DNA from: an uncultured Solirubrobacterales bacterium
Lineage (GTDB): Bacteria; Actinomycetota; Thermoleophilia; Solirubrobacterales; Solirubrobacteraceae
DNA: 64,000 nt
Direction of reading: 5' to 3'
Assembly (NCBI GenBank): GCA_963799735.1
Contig: CAWCYP010000042.1
Location: 1,384 to 65,383, forward strand
Below the pieces are notes generated by a model. The model had not been told where the DNA came from and did no database searches. It saw only the letters and a list, made by a program, of their open reading frames with translations. The translations under genes and the position numbers were made by a program. Each line of letters begins with the position of its first letter. Position 1 is the stretch's first letter. Shown here piece by piece: positions 1 through 10,721 of the stretch.

Positions 1-471
1 GCCGCCCTGGCCGGGGGGACGGCGCCGTGCGTGCTGAACGCCGCCAACGAGATCGCCGTCCACGCCTTCCTAGAGGGTCGACTGGCGTTTACTGCAGGAT
101 CGCGATCTCATACGCACTGCATGGAGGCGAGAGCGTGGATCTGCCGATCGTGCCGCTGGATCTGGCGGCGATCGGCACGCTCACGTTTGAGCCGGTCGAT
201 GCTCGAGGCGTTCCCATGCCTGCGCCTGGCGCGCGAGGCCGCGCTGGCCGGGGGCACTGCGCCGTGCGTGCTGAACGCCGCGAACGAGATCGCCGTGCAC
301 GCCTTCCTGGAGGGCCGCCTGGCCTTCAACGCGATCGCCGAGACGATCGAGCGCACTTTGTCGGAGCTGCCGGCAGAGCCGGTGCGGGCGTTCGAGTCGC
401 TATACGAGGCCGACCGGCGGGCACGGGAGGTCGCGATCGACGCGGCCGCGGGCTTGGGCGAAGTCGTGTAA
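1..471 (+). CDS. dxr: 1-deoxy-D-xylulose-5-phosphate reductoisomerase, 3' end (partial, with an internal divergent duplication)
   Basis: Motifs LDLAAIGTLTFEPVD and FPCLRLAREA...VLNAANEIAVHAFL; upstream of rseP and ispG. Confidence 0.9.
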   Translation, partial: AALAGGTAPCVLNAANEIAVHAFLEGRLAFTAGSRSHTHCMEARAWICRSCRWIWRRSARSRLSRSMLEAFPCLRLAREAALAGGTAPCVLNAANEIAVHAFLEGRLAFNAIAETIERTLSELPAEPVRAFESLYEADRRAREVAIDAAAGLGEVV

Positions 472-522
472 TTCCCACGCCAACCGCCGGCAACCGCGGA
501 CGCGCCTGCCAAACTGAGTCCC

Positions 523-1639
523 ATGAGCTGGGTCCTGACGATCCTCGGCATCGTGGCGCTGATCGTGCTGCACGAGCTGGGGCACTTCCTCGCCGCCAAG
601 GCGGTCGGGATGCGCGTGGAGCGGTTCTCGCTGTTCTTCCCGCCCACGATCTTGCGGGTCGCACGGGGCGAGACCGAGTACACGATCGGCGCGATCCCCG
701 CGGGCGGCTACGTGAAGATCACGGGGATGAACCCGGAGGAGATCGACGGGCTCGACCCGGAGGTTGTCGCGGCGCGCCTACTACAACCAGCCGCCGTGGA
801 AGCGGATCGTGGTGATCTTCGCCGGGCCGGGCGTGAACATCGTGATCGCGTTCGTGCTGTTCTGGGCGATCCTCTTCTCGGGCAGCATCAACGGGGGGCC
901 CTCGGAAAACCTCAATCTCGATCCGTTCACGAACGCCGTCGTCGCGACCACCTCGGTGCGCCGATCGAGCGCGCACGAGCCGGCCGACGGTGTGCTGAAG
1001 CCGGGCGATCGTATCGTCGCGGTGGACGGCGGCGCGCGACGGCGACCTCGCGTGCGCATGATCGCGGCCCATCGCTGCGCGGGCGCGCTCGTCGAGGGCT
1101 GCCGCGCGGCCACGCCGGTGGCGCTGACGGTCCGCCGAGCCGGACGGACGCTGCGGTGTCGGTCTATCCGCGCTACGACAAAGAAGCCGAAAAGCGGATG
1201 CTGGTCGGCTTCGAGTTCGCGGAAGCCGCGAAGTCAGCTCCGGCGCGCTCAGCGCCGCTGGAACTTCGGTGCACGAGATGTGGACTCGACGACGAGCACG
1301 CTGATCTCGGGTACGTCCATGCCTTCACGAGCTCCAAGGTTCGCCAGCAGTTCCACAGCATCGTGGGCATCACCGAGATCGCCCACGAAACCGTGGTTGC
1401 CGGGGCCGGTTATGCCCTGGTGTTCCTCGGACTACATTTCGCTCATCCTCGCGGTCGTCAACCTCTTTCCGTTTCTGCCGCTGGACGGTGGTCATGTCCT
1501 GTGGGCGCTGGCCGAGAAGGTGCGCGGAAGACGGGTCTCGGTCGCTGCGATGTGGCGCTTCAGCTCGGTGGGGCTCGTGCTGCTCGCTTTTCTTGTGATC
1601 AACGGGGTCAGCAACGACATCAGCCGGCTCGGCGGCTGA
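523..1639 (+). CDS. rseP: RIP/M50 intramembrane metalloprotease with PDZ domain (frameshifted)
   Basis: HELGH, GGYVKITGM, AGPGVN, NLFPFLPLDGGH spread over two frames. Confidence 0.9.
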
Positions 1640-1640
1640 C

Positions 1641-2264
1641 CTACATGTCTCGCCTCTCGCCGTCCGGCGAGTGCACGCAAACCCAGCTCTTGACGAGCGG
1701 CCCGAAGCGCTCGGGTAGCGCGGGACCGAACAGGGCTTCCAGCTCGGATTGGCGCAGCAGCTCGATCTCCTCCCACTCCCCGGCCGCCCCCAGTCGCCAG
1801 TAGGGTCTGCGCAGCGCCGGTGGTAGCCAGTGCGCGAACGGCAGCAGCGAGTGCGGCTCCAGCGGAAACGAACACGCGGGGGTCTGTACGAACCAGCCAC
1901 AACCGACCCGGCGAACCTCCGCGGCGAACGCGGCGCGGCGCGCGGGCGGGACGTGCTCGATCACGCTGGAGCAGTAGACGAGATCGAACTGATCGTCGGC
2001 GAACGGAAGACTGTCGGCGGCGTCCGCGCGCACGAACGGCCCCGGGTAGTCCGGGCGCTCGGCGAGGTCGACGCCGGTGATGTCGAGATCCGGCTCCAGG
2101 GCGCGCAGGCCGAGTCGCCCGCAGCCGACATCCAGTACCCGTGCGCCCTCGGGCAGGTGCGTGAGCGCGAAGAACCGCTCGTGGCGGCGCGCGCGCGCGC
2201 GGGCCGCGAACGGCGAGGCCAGGCGCGCGAGCGGGCCGCGTGCGGTGGCGTAGACGTCGGGCAT
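1641..2264 (-). CDS. Class I SAM-dependent methyltransferase
   Basis: VLDVGCG, FDLVYCSSVIEHV. Confidence 0.85.
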   Translation of the reverse strand: MPDVYATARGPLARLASPFAARARARRHERFFALTHLPEGARVLDVGCGRLGLRALEPDLDITGVDLAERPDYPGPFVRADAADSLPFADDQFDLVYCSSVIEHVPPARRAAFAAEVRRVGCGWFVQTPACSFPLEPHSLLPFAHWLPPALRRPYWRLGAAGEWEEIELLRQSELEALFGPALPERFGPLVKSWVCVHSPDGERRDM

Positions 2265-2280
2265 CGTAGAATCAGGCTAT

Positions 2281-3562
2281 ATGGCCTCTGAGCGTCAGAT
2301 CCACGTGGGCCCGGTCCCGATCGGCGGCGGCGCGCCGGTCGCGGTGCAGACGATGACCAAGACCGAGACGGCGAACCTGACGGCGACGATGGATCAGATC
2401 CGCACGGTCGCGGAGGCCGGCGCGGACATCGTGAGGGTGGCGGTGCCGCGCGAGCAGGACGCCGAGGCGCTGCAGACGATCGTCGCGCAGTCGCCGATCC
2501 CAGTGATCGCGGACATCCACTTCAACCACACGCTCGCGTTGAAGGCGATCGAGGCGGGAGCGCACTGCGTCAGGCTGAACCCGGGGAACATCGGCGGGCC
2601 CGGAGAAGGTCGCAGAGGTGATCGCGCTGGCCCGAGAGCGCGGCACTCCGCTGCGCGTGGGCGTGAACTCCGGCTCGCTGCCCAAGCACCTGCGCCAGCT
2701 GGAGTACGACGATCCCGTCGAGGCGCTGGTGACGGCGGCGATCGAGACCGTGCAGCTGATGGAGCGGCTGGACTTCACGAACTTCAAGGTCTCGATGAAG
2801 TCGACGTCGGTGCCGAACACGATCGCCTCCAACCGGATGTTGGCCGAGCGCATCCCATATCCCCTGCACCTGGGCGTGACCGAGGCCGGCACGAAGTGGT
2901 CGGGGTCGCTGAAGAGCGCGGTCGGCCTGGGAACCCTGCTGGCGGACGGGATCGGCGACACGATTCGCATCTCTCTCTCCACCTTTCATGCCGAGGAGGA
3001 GGTGAAGGTCGCCTGGGAGATCCTCAAGGCCCTGAAGCTGCGCGAGCGCGGCCCGGACCTGATCGCGTGCCCGACATGCGGGCGCCTGCAGTTCGACATG
3101 GACACGGTTGTGGTCGAGGTCGAGCGGCGATTGGAAGCCTACGAGGACCCGATCGAGGTCTCTGTGCTCGGCTGTGCGGTCAACGGCATCGGCGAGGCGC
3201 GCCACGCGGACTTCGGCATTACGGGCGCAAAAGACATGGGCATGATCTACTCCAAGGGCGAGCCGCTGAAGAAGGTGCCGACGGAGCAGTTGGTCGATGA
3301 GCTGTTCAAGGAGATCGACCGCTACTACGCAGCCGGCAAGACCGTCCAGCGCGACGAGACGGCCGCCGCGGAGGCGCGCGCTTGGCTGGCCGAGAACGAG
3401 GACGACACGCAGATGACTCCGGAGCGGATCGCGGCGCTCGAGGCAGCAGCGGCCGAGGACGATGAGCAGGCCGACGCGGTGTTGGAGTCGATGCTCACGC
3501 CGGCCGTTTCGTTGGACGAGGCCGTCTCACCAGTGGCCGGTCGGCGCTTCAGCCGCAGCTGA
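2281..3562 (+). CDS. ispG: HMBPP synthase GcpE (one frameshift near 2605)
   Basis: [41 protein letters not shown]. Confidence 0.95.
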
Positions 3563-3592
3563 GAAGCACCGACTCGGCCCGTTCGCTTTCGA

Positions 3593-4199
3593 TCAGCCCG
3601 CCGCCGCGAATCGCTCGGCGACCTTCTCCCAGTTGACGACGTTCCACCATGCGTCGATGTAGTCGGGGCGGCGGTTCTGGTAGGAGAGGTAGTAGGCGTG
3701 CTCCCACACGTCGACCCCCAGCAGCGGGGTCTTGCCGCCCGAGATCGGGTTGTCCTGGTTGGCGCTGCCGACGACGGCCAACCCGGAGCCGTCGTGCACG
3801 AGCCAGGACCAGCCCGAGCCGAACTGATTGACGCCGGCCGTCTTCAGCTGGGTTTGGAAGTCTGCGAACGAGCCGAAAGCCGAGGAGATCGCGTCCGCTA
3901 GCTCGCTGGCGGGCTCGCCGTCGCCACTGGGGGACATGCTCTCCCAGAACAAGGAGTGGTTGTAGTGGCCGCCGCCGTTGTTTTTGACCGCGGTGCGCTT
4001 GTCCTCCGGCACCTGGGAGAGATTCGCGCAGCACGTCCTCGATCGCCGCGTCTGCGAGCGGAGTGTCCTCGAGCGCGGCGTTGACCTTGTCGACGTAGGC
4101 CTGGTGGTGCTTGTCGTGATGGATTTCCATCGTCGTCTTGTCGATGTGGGGCTCGAGCGCGTCGTAGGCGTATGGGAGCGGTGGAACGGTGTAGGCCAT
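3593..4199 (-). CDS. sodA: Mn/Fe superoxide dismutase (frameshift near 4025)
   Basis: [35 protein letters not shown]. Confidence 0.95.
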
Positions 4200-4330
4200 G
4201 GGAGTCCTTTGTCGGGGTTCTGTTCACGATTGTTAGGAGAACCCTTTCTTTCTATCAAAGGCCAACTGCCCGGTCGATCACGTGCGCGAACGGTTGCTCG
4301 GACGGGCATGGATTAGGCTCTGCCTCCACG

Positions 4331-5627
4331 ATGCCCCGTCTGTCCGAGTACATGCTGCCGACCGAGCGTGAGGCGCCCGCCGACGCGGAGGCGATCTCGC
4401 ACAAGCTGATGGTGCGCGCCGGTCTGATCAGACAGATGGGCGCGGGCATGTGGACGTGGCTGCCGGCGGGCTGGCGCGTGCACCAGCGGGTGGTGGGCAT
4501 CATCCGCGAGGAGATGGACGCGATCGGCGCGCAGGAGATGCTGATGCCGGTGCTGCAGCCCGCGGAGCCGTGGCGCAAGACCGGGCGGCTGGAGATCGAC
4601 GAGCTGTTCAAGCTGTCAGACCGCAAGGGCTCGGAGCTCGTGCTGGCGATGACCCACGAGGAGGCGGTCACGTTCCACGCCGCGCAGACGATCCACTCCT
4701 ACCGCGACCTGCCGCTGATCGTCTACCACTTCCAGGTCAAGGAGCGCGACGAGCCGCGCCCGCGCGCGGGGGTGTTGCGCACGAGGGAGTTCGTGATGAA
4801 GGACTCCTACAGCTTCGACCGCGACCAGGCGGGCCTGGAGGAGCGCTACGCGGTGCACGTCGGCGCGTATGACCGCATCATGGACCGCACGGGGCTGCGC
4901 TGGTACAGGGTGGAGTCCGACGTCGGGATGATGGGCGGGCTCGGCGCGCACGAGTACATGGCGCCGTGCCCGGCCGGCGAGGATCGGTCGTGCTCGGGCG
5001 CCGGACGGCTACGCGGCAAACGTCGAGGTGGCAAAGCAGGACCCGAAGGTGCACGAGGACGGCTCGGGCAACTACATGCTCGACGGCGAGCCGCTGCGGG
5101 TGGAGCAGGCGATCGAGATCGGCAACATCTTCAAGCTCGGCACCCGCTACTCCGAGCCGCTGGGCGCCAACTACCTGGACGAGCACGGCGAGGAGCATCC
5201 GGTCTGGATGGGCTCCTACGGGATCGGCCCGGCGCGGATCGTCGCTGCCGCGGTCGAGCAGTTCGCCGACGAGCACGGCATCTCCTGGCCTAGGGCGCTG
5301 GCGCCGTTCGCCGTGCACCTGGTGGGGCTCGGCAAGCCCGGCACGCCCGAGCACGACGCCGCCGAGCGCGTGCTACCAGACGCTGAGCGACGGCGGGATC
5401 GAGACGATCTACGACGACCGCGAGATCGGACCCGGGAGAGAAGTTCGCCGAAGCCGAGCTGCTCGGGTGCCCGCTGCAGACTGACCGTCGGGCGGCGCGC
5501 GGTGGAGTCGGGCGAGATCGAGGTCCAGGTGCGCCGCGGCCGTCAAGCGGCCCCGGGCATACCGTTCGACGGCGAGCCGGAAGGGCTGATCCGGGCGGTG
5601 GACGAGCTGTGGCAGGGCCTCCCGTAG
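4331..5627 (+). CDS. proS: Proline--tRNA ligase, short form (frameshifted)
   Basis: [58 protein letters not shown]. Confidence 0.93.
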
Positions 5628-5656
5628 ACGGGCAATCTCCTCGCCGGGCAAGTTCG

Positions 5657-6317
5657 ATGGACCCCGCCACCCCTGAAGACGGGCGCGCCCCGGCTGACCC
5701 TGCGCCGGCTGGTGGGCCTGGACCGCTCCGGGCCGCCGCCGCCAGAGACGCTGGCCGGGCAGCCGCTGCGCCCGTGGACGGTTCCCAACGCGATCGGGTT
5801 CTTCCGGTTGGCGCTGATTCCCGTGTTCCTGATCGTGGCGCTGTCGAGCTCCGATGGAACGGGCGCGGCGCCGGCGGCGCTGTTCGCGATCATCGGCTGG
5901 GGCGACTACGCCGACGGGATTGCCGCGCGGGTGACGCGCCAGTACAGCCGGCTGGGAACGTTGATGGACCCGATCACCGACAGGCTGCTGGTGATCGCGG
6001 GCGTGGTGGTGTGCTGGCGCTTCGAACTGCTCCCGCGGTGGGCGCTGGCGGTGCTGGTGGTGCGCGAGCTGTCGATGATCGCGCTTGGTCGCTATGGCCT
6101 GACGCGCGGGGTCGATCTGCGCATCAACTGGCCCGGGCGCCTGTCGGTCGCGCCGGTGATGGGCTCGTTCTTCTTCGCGCTGGTCGGGCTCGAAGGACTG
6201 GCCGAAGTGCTGCTGTACATCGGCCTGGCGCTGGCGCTGACGGCGACGGTGCTGTACGCGCGGTCGGGACTCACGCGGTTGCGGGAAGCTTCATCCCGGC
6301 CCCGCGGTCAAACCTAG
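5657..6317 (+). CDS. CDP-alcohol phosphatidyltransferase (PgsA-like)
   Basis: WTVPNAI, DYADGIAAR...SRLGTLMDPITDR. Confidence 0.88.
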
Positions 6318-6343
6318 CCTCAAGCTCTACTTTACGGTAAAGT
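6318..6343. promoter_or_regulatory. Palindromic operator candidate upstream of the rsiG-FHA-merR cluster
   Basis: ACTTTAC-G-GTAAAGT inverted repeat (6329-6343) overlapping CCTCAAG-N5-CTTTACG; resembles FtsR/MerR-type sites (inference). Confidence 0.4.
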
Positions 6344-6419
6344 CTGGGTGGCAATTCCATGGGTTGAACAAGTAGGGCAAGCCGGCTTCGGCGACCACAC
6401 CGCGACAGGAAGATCAGAT

Positions 6420-6684
6420 ATGGACACGTTCCCAGACCTGGGCTCGCTGGACGACATCGAGCTGAAGGACCTCATCAAAGAGCTGACCGAGGAAGAGACC
6501 GAGATTCTCATACAAGCGGCGGATACTGCACGGCAAGATCGACATCCTGCGCGCCGAGCTGGTGAACAGGCTGCGCAAGAAGCACGACGGAGGCGTCACG
6601 CCGGTGATCACGGGCGACGACGTCAAGCAACTGACCGACATTCTCGCCAACAACCAGGCCACCGTCCCGACCGACGTCGAGTAG
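6420..6684 (+). CDS. rsiG: Single-motif RsiG/AmfC-like c-di-GMP-binding anti-sigma factor (1-nt insertion near 6505)
   Basis: Corrected frame reads EETEISYKRRILHGKIDILRAEL = E-x3-S-x2-R-x3-H-x3-D, versus the RsiG motif E-x3-S-x2-R-x3-Q-x3-D. Confidence 0.75.
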
Positions 6685-6716
6685 AGGACGGGGGTGGAGG
6701 ACTAGGGAGGATCGTC

Positions 6717-7197
6717 ATGGCCCTGCACTGCACGGAGTGCGGATTCGTCAACGTCGAGGGCGCGAACTATTGCCAGCGCTGCGGCGCGCTGCTGCCGCGC
6801 GCGGAGGGCGCGGGCGGGGTGGAGTGGGGAACCGATCACCGCGACCTACCGGATCGACGAGGCGGGCGAGCTGGTGCCGATCGAGCTGGAGGATGTCACC
6901 GCGCACGGTCCGGCGCTCGTGATCCGAGCTGGAGGAGGGCGCGTCGGGGAGAGCTTTCCCGTGCAGGGCGAGCGCATGAGCATCGGCCGGCGCCCTGACT
7001 CGAACGTGTTCCTCGACGACGTGACCGTCTCCCGCGACCACGCGCTGCTGATCGAGCGCGCAGGGCAGTGGCACCTGGACGACTGCGGCTCGTTGAACGG
7101 GACATACGTGAACCGCTCGCGGATCGAGTCCCAGCGTCTGGAGGAGGGCGATGAGGTGCAGATCGGCAAGTACAAGCTGACGTTCCACGCACGCTGA
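6717..7197 (+). CDS. Zinc-ribbon + FHA domain protein (GarA/OdhI-like; frameshifted)
   Basis: CTECG...CQRCG; IGRRPDSNVFLDDVTVSRDHA, GSLNGTYVN. Confidence 0.9.
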
Positions 7198-8009
7198 TGG
7201 CCACCCAGGCGCAGACACCTCAGTCCGACGTCGAGCAGCTCAACGCCGAGCTCGAGCGGACCGAGGGCGCCCCGGGCGCCCCGGGCGCGCCACGGCAGAA
7301 GTCGATCACGATCGGCACGGTGTGCAAGGCGCTCGCGCAGGAGTTCCCCGACATCTCGATCTCCAAGATCCGCTACCTGGAGGATCAGAAGCTGCTGACG
7401 CCGCGGCGCACGCCGGGCGGCTATCGCCTGTACACGCAGGGCGACGTGGCGCGGTTGCGCACGATCCTGCGGATGCAGCGCGACGAGTTCCTGCCGCTGC
7501 GGGTGATCCGCCAGGAGCTGGCGGCCGGGCGCGCGGGGGACGGCGCTGGCACGGCGCCACCCGTCCCGGGCAAGCGCGGACGCGAGGGAGTGCGCCCGTG
7601 GCGCACGAGCGTGAGCGTGAGCGCGGTGACCGGCGCGCTGTACTCGCTGGAGGACGTGCTGGAGGAGACCAGTGCGGACGCCAAGCTCGTGCGCGAGCTG
7701 GAGGAGTACGGCGTCGTCAAGGGCGAGCTGCGCGGGGGCGTGCGTTACTTCGACGAGACCGAACGCGAGATTATCGGCGCGGTGGCCGAGCTCGCGCGCT
7801 ACGGCGTGGGCGGGCGCAACTTGCGCGTGTTCAGATCCTCGGCCGATCGCGAGGCGAACCTGCTCCAGCAGATTCTCGCGCCCGCGCTGCGCTCGCGCAA
7901 CCCGCAACGGCGCAAAGAGGCGCTGGAGGCACTGGAGAACCTCGCGGCGGTGGCGACCCACCTGAAGCACCTGCTGCTCGTGCGCGACCTGCGCAAGATC
8001 GTGCGCTGA
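7197..8009 (+). CDS. MerR-family regulator (FtsR/Rv1828-like)
   Basis: EFPDISISKIRYLEDQKLLTPRRTPGGYRLY; follows the FHA gene. Confidence 0.9.
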   Translation: MATQAQTPQSDVEQLNAELERTEGAPGAPGAPRQKSITIGTVCKALAQEFPDISISKIRYLEDQKLLTPRRTPGGYRLYTQGDVARLRTILRMQRDEFLPLRVIRQELAAGRAGDGAGTAPPVPGKRGREGVRPWRTSVSVSAVTGALYSLEDVLEETSADAKLVRELEEYGVVKGELRGGVRYFDETEREIIGAVAELARYGVGGRNLRVFRSSADREANLLQQILAPALRSRNPQRRKEALEALENLAAVATHLKHLLLVRDLRKIVR

Positions 8010-8013
8010 TGCG

Positions 8014-8562
8014 ATGAACGCCGCCGGTGTGAGTGGTGTGAGCCCTCAGCTGCGAGAGCTGGTGCGTGAGATCCCGGACTTCCCCCAGGAGGGGGTGAGC
8101 TTCAAGGACATCACACCACTGCTGGCCGATCCGCGCGCGCTGCGGTCCGCCGTGAAGGGACTTGCCGAGTACGCACGGCCGCTGAACGTGGACTGCGTGA
8201 TCGCGGCCGAGGCGCGCGGGTTTCTGCTCGGGCCGGCGCTGGCGCTCGAGCTCGGAGCGGGGTTCGTGTTCGCGCGCAAGCCGGGCAAGCTGCCGTACGA
8301 GACGGTCAGCGCCGAGTACCTGCTCGAGTACGGCTCGGGCGAGCTGGAGCTGCACACCGACGCGCTGGGCGCGGGCGGCAGGGCGCTGGTGCACGACGAC
8401 CTGCTGGCGACGGGCGGGACCGCGCGAGCGCTGTGCGAGCTCGTCGAGAGCCTCGGCGGCGAGGTCGCCGGTTGCGGGTTTCTGATCGAGCTCGAGCTTC
8501 TCGGCGGGCGGGCACGATTGGCGCCACACGAGGCGCATGCGCTGATCTCCTACGAGTCCTGA
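8014..8562 (+). CDS. apt: Adenine phosphoribosyltransferase
   Basis: IPDFPQEGVSFKDITPLL, EARGF, RKPGKLP, DDLLATGGT. Confidence 0.95.
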   Translation: MNAAGVSGVSPQLRELVREIPDFPQEGVSFKDITPLLADPRALRSAVKGLAEYARPLNVDCVIAAEARGFLLGPALALELGAGFVFARKPGKLPYETVSAEYLLEYGSGELELHTDALGAGGRALVHDDLLATGGTARALCELVESLGGEVAGCGFLIELELLGGRARLAPHEAHALISYES

Positions 8563-8588
8563 GCGGGAGCAGGGGAGGCAAGCAACCC

Positions 8589-9057
8589 ATGCCGACGACG
8601 CGCAGGACCCGCACGATCGCCGCCCCGGTGCAGGAGCTGTGGGAGACGATCCGCGACCCGCATCACCTGCCGCGGTGGTGGCCGCGGGTGAGCCGGGTGG
8701 AGGATGTCGACCGAGGACCAGTTCACCGAGGTGATGACCACGTCAAGCGGAAAATACGTGCGCGCGGACTTCACGCTGGTCGAGTCCGACGAGCGCGCCG
8801 GGCGGCTGCGCTGGGAGCAGCGGCTGGAGGGCAGCCCGTTCGCGCGGCTGCTGAGGTCGGCGGAAACCGAGGTGTGCCTGAGGGATGTCACGGACGGGAC
8901 GCAGGCGAGGGCATCGACGGAGGTGACGATCGAGCTGAGACAGGCGCTGAACGGGTTCTTTCCCCGATTCGGTGGATACATGGTCCGAAGAGCGGCGGCA
9001 AGCACGATCGAAGAGGCGCTGGACGGGCTGGAGCGGATCGGTGGTCACGATGGATGA
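8589..9057 (+). CDS. SRPBCC/polyketide cyclase family protein (frameshifted)
   Basis: RTIAAPVQELWETIRDPHHLPRWWP. Confidence 0.75.
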
Positions 9058-10721
9058 GCCGCCGCGGATGCGCTGGTGGGGATGGGGCGATCCGGAGCAC
9101 GCCTCCCGAGCGCTGAGCCCGCGCATGCTGGAGCTGTTGCGCGAAACGGTGGGAGTGGCGAGCACGCCGCGTCCGCCGGTCGCGCTGGGCGCGGTGAAGC
9201 TGCCGAAGGCGCGACTCGCCGAGAGCGCGAAGGCGAGTCTTCAGGCGATCGCCGGTAGAGACGGCGTGCGAGACGATCACTCGGAACGGGTGGGACATGC
9301 CGCCGGGAAGGGGTATGTCGATCTCGTGCGCATGCGCGCGGGCATTCCCGAGGGCGCCCCGGACGCGGTCGTGCTGCCTACAGGACACGAGCAGGTGCGG
9401 GCGGTGCTGGAGGTGTGCGCCCGACACGGGCTGGCGGTCGTGCCGTTCGGCGGGGGGACGAGCGTAGTGGGTGGCGTCGAGCCGCTGCGGGACGGGCACG
9501 CGGGGGTGATCGCGCTGGACATGCGCCGGATCGGGAGGTCGTGGAGCTCGACCGCGAGTCGAAGATCGTGACGGTGGGCGCGGGCATGCGCGGACCCGAG
9601 CTCGAGCGGTGGCTGGCGGCGGAGGGGCTGACGCTGGGGCACTGGCCGCAGTCATACGAGTACGTGACGCTGGGCGGATGCGCGGCGAGCCGCTCGGCGG
9701 GACAGGCCTCGAGCGGTTACGGGAGCATCGCCAAGATGGTGCTCGGCCTGCGGATGGCGGTGCCGGCGGGAGACATCGCGCTGGATGCGATGCCCGCGAG
9801 CGCGGCGGGACCGGGGCTGCGAGAACTGATCGTTGGCTCGGAGGGGACGCTGGGGGTGATCACCACGGTCTCGCTGCGGGTACGCGAGGCGCCGGCGAAG
9901 CGGGTGTATGAGGGAGTGATGTTCGAGAGCTATCCCGCGGGGATCGATGCTCTGCGGGCGATGGCGCAGGAGCATGCGCTCCCCGACGTCGCACGGCTGT
10001 CAGATGCGGCGGAGACGCGCATGTCGATGCTCCTGGCGGGGGACGGAGGGCTGAAGGGCCGGCTCGGGCGGGCGTATCTCGGTGCACGCGGATACGGGGA
10101 AGGACAAGCCGAGCGGTGCATCGCGATCGTCGGTTTCGAGGGAAACGCGAAGGAGGTCAAGGCCCGGCGCGGGCGCGCGCTCGCGCTGGCCCGCCATAAC
10201 GGGGGGTTGGCGCTTGGGAGGCTCGCCGGGCAGGGCCTGGCTGAAGGGACGCTTCCAGGCGCCTTACCTGCGCGACGAGCTGCTGGATCACGGCGTGATG
10301 GTCGAGACGCTGGAGACGGCGACGCGCTGGTCGAACGTGCAGCGGCTGCGTGACGCGGTGGCGAGCGCGATCGAGGGGGCGCTGGCCGAGCAGGGGACGC
10401 CGGGCATCGTGATGTGCCATGTCTCGCACCTGTACGAGACGGGGGCTTCGCTGTACTACACGTTCATCGCCCGCCAGCGCGAGGGAGGGGAGATCGAGCA
10501 GTGGCGCGCGGTCAAGAGGGCGGCGAGCGAGGCGATCGTCACGGGTGGCGGGACGATCACCCACCATCACGCGGTCGGCCGCGACCACGCGCCGTGGCTG
10601 CGAGCGCGAGATCGGCGCGGAGGGCGTGGCGAGCATCGGGGCGCTGAAGGCGCAGCTCGATCCGGCCGGGATCATGAACCCGGGCAAGCTGCTATTTCGT
10701 CAGGGCGAACGCGCCGCTTAG
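9050..10721 (+). CDS. FAD-binding oxidoreductase (alkyl-DHAP synthase-like; frameshifted)
   Basis: PFGGGTSVVGG, GHWPQS, GSEGTLGVIT, TITHHHAVG, DPAGIMNPGK. Confidence 0.88.
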
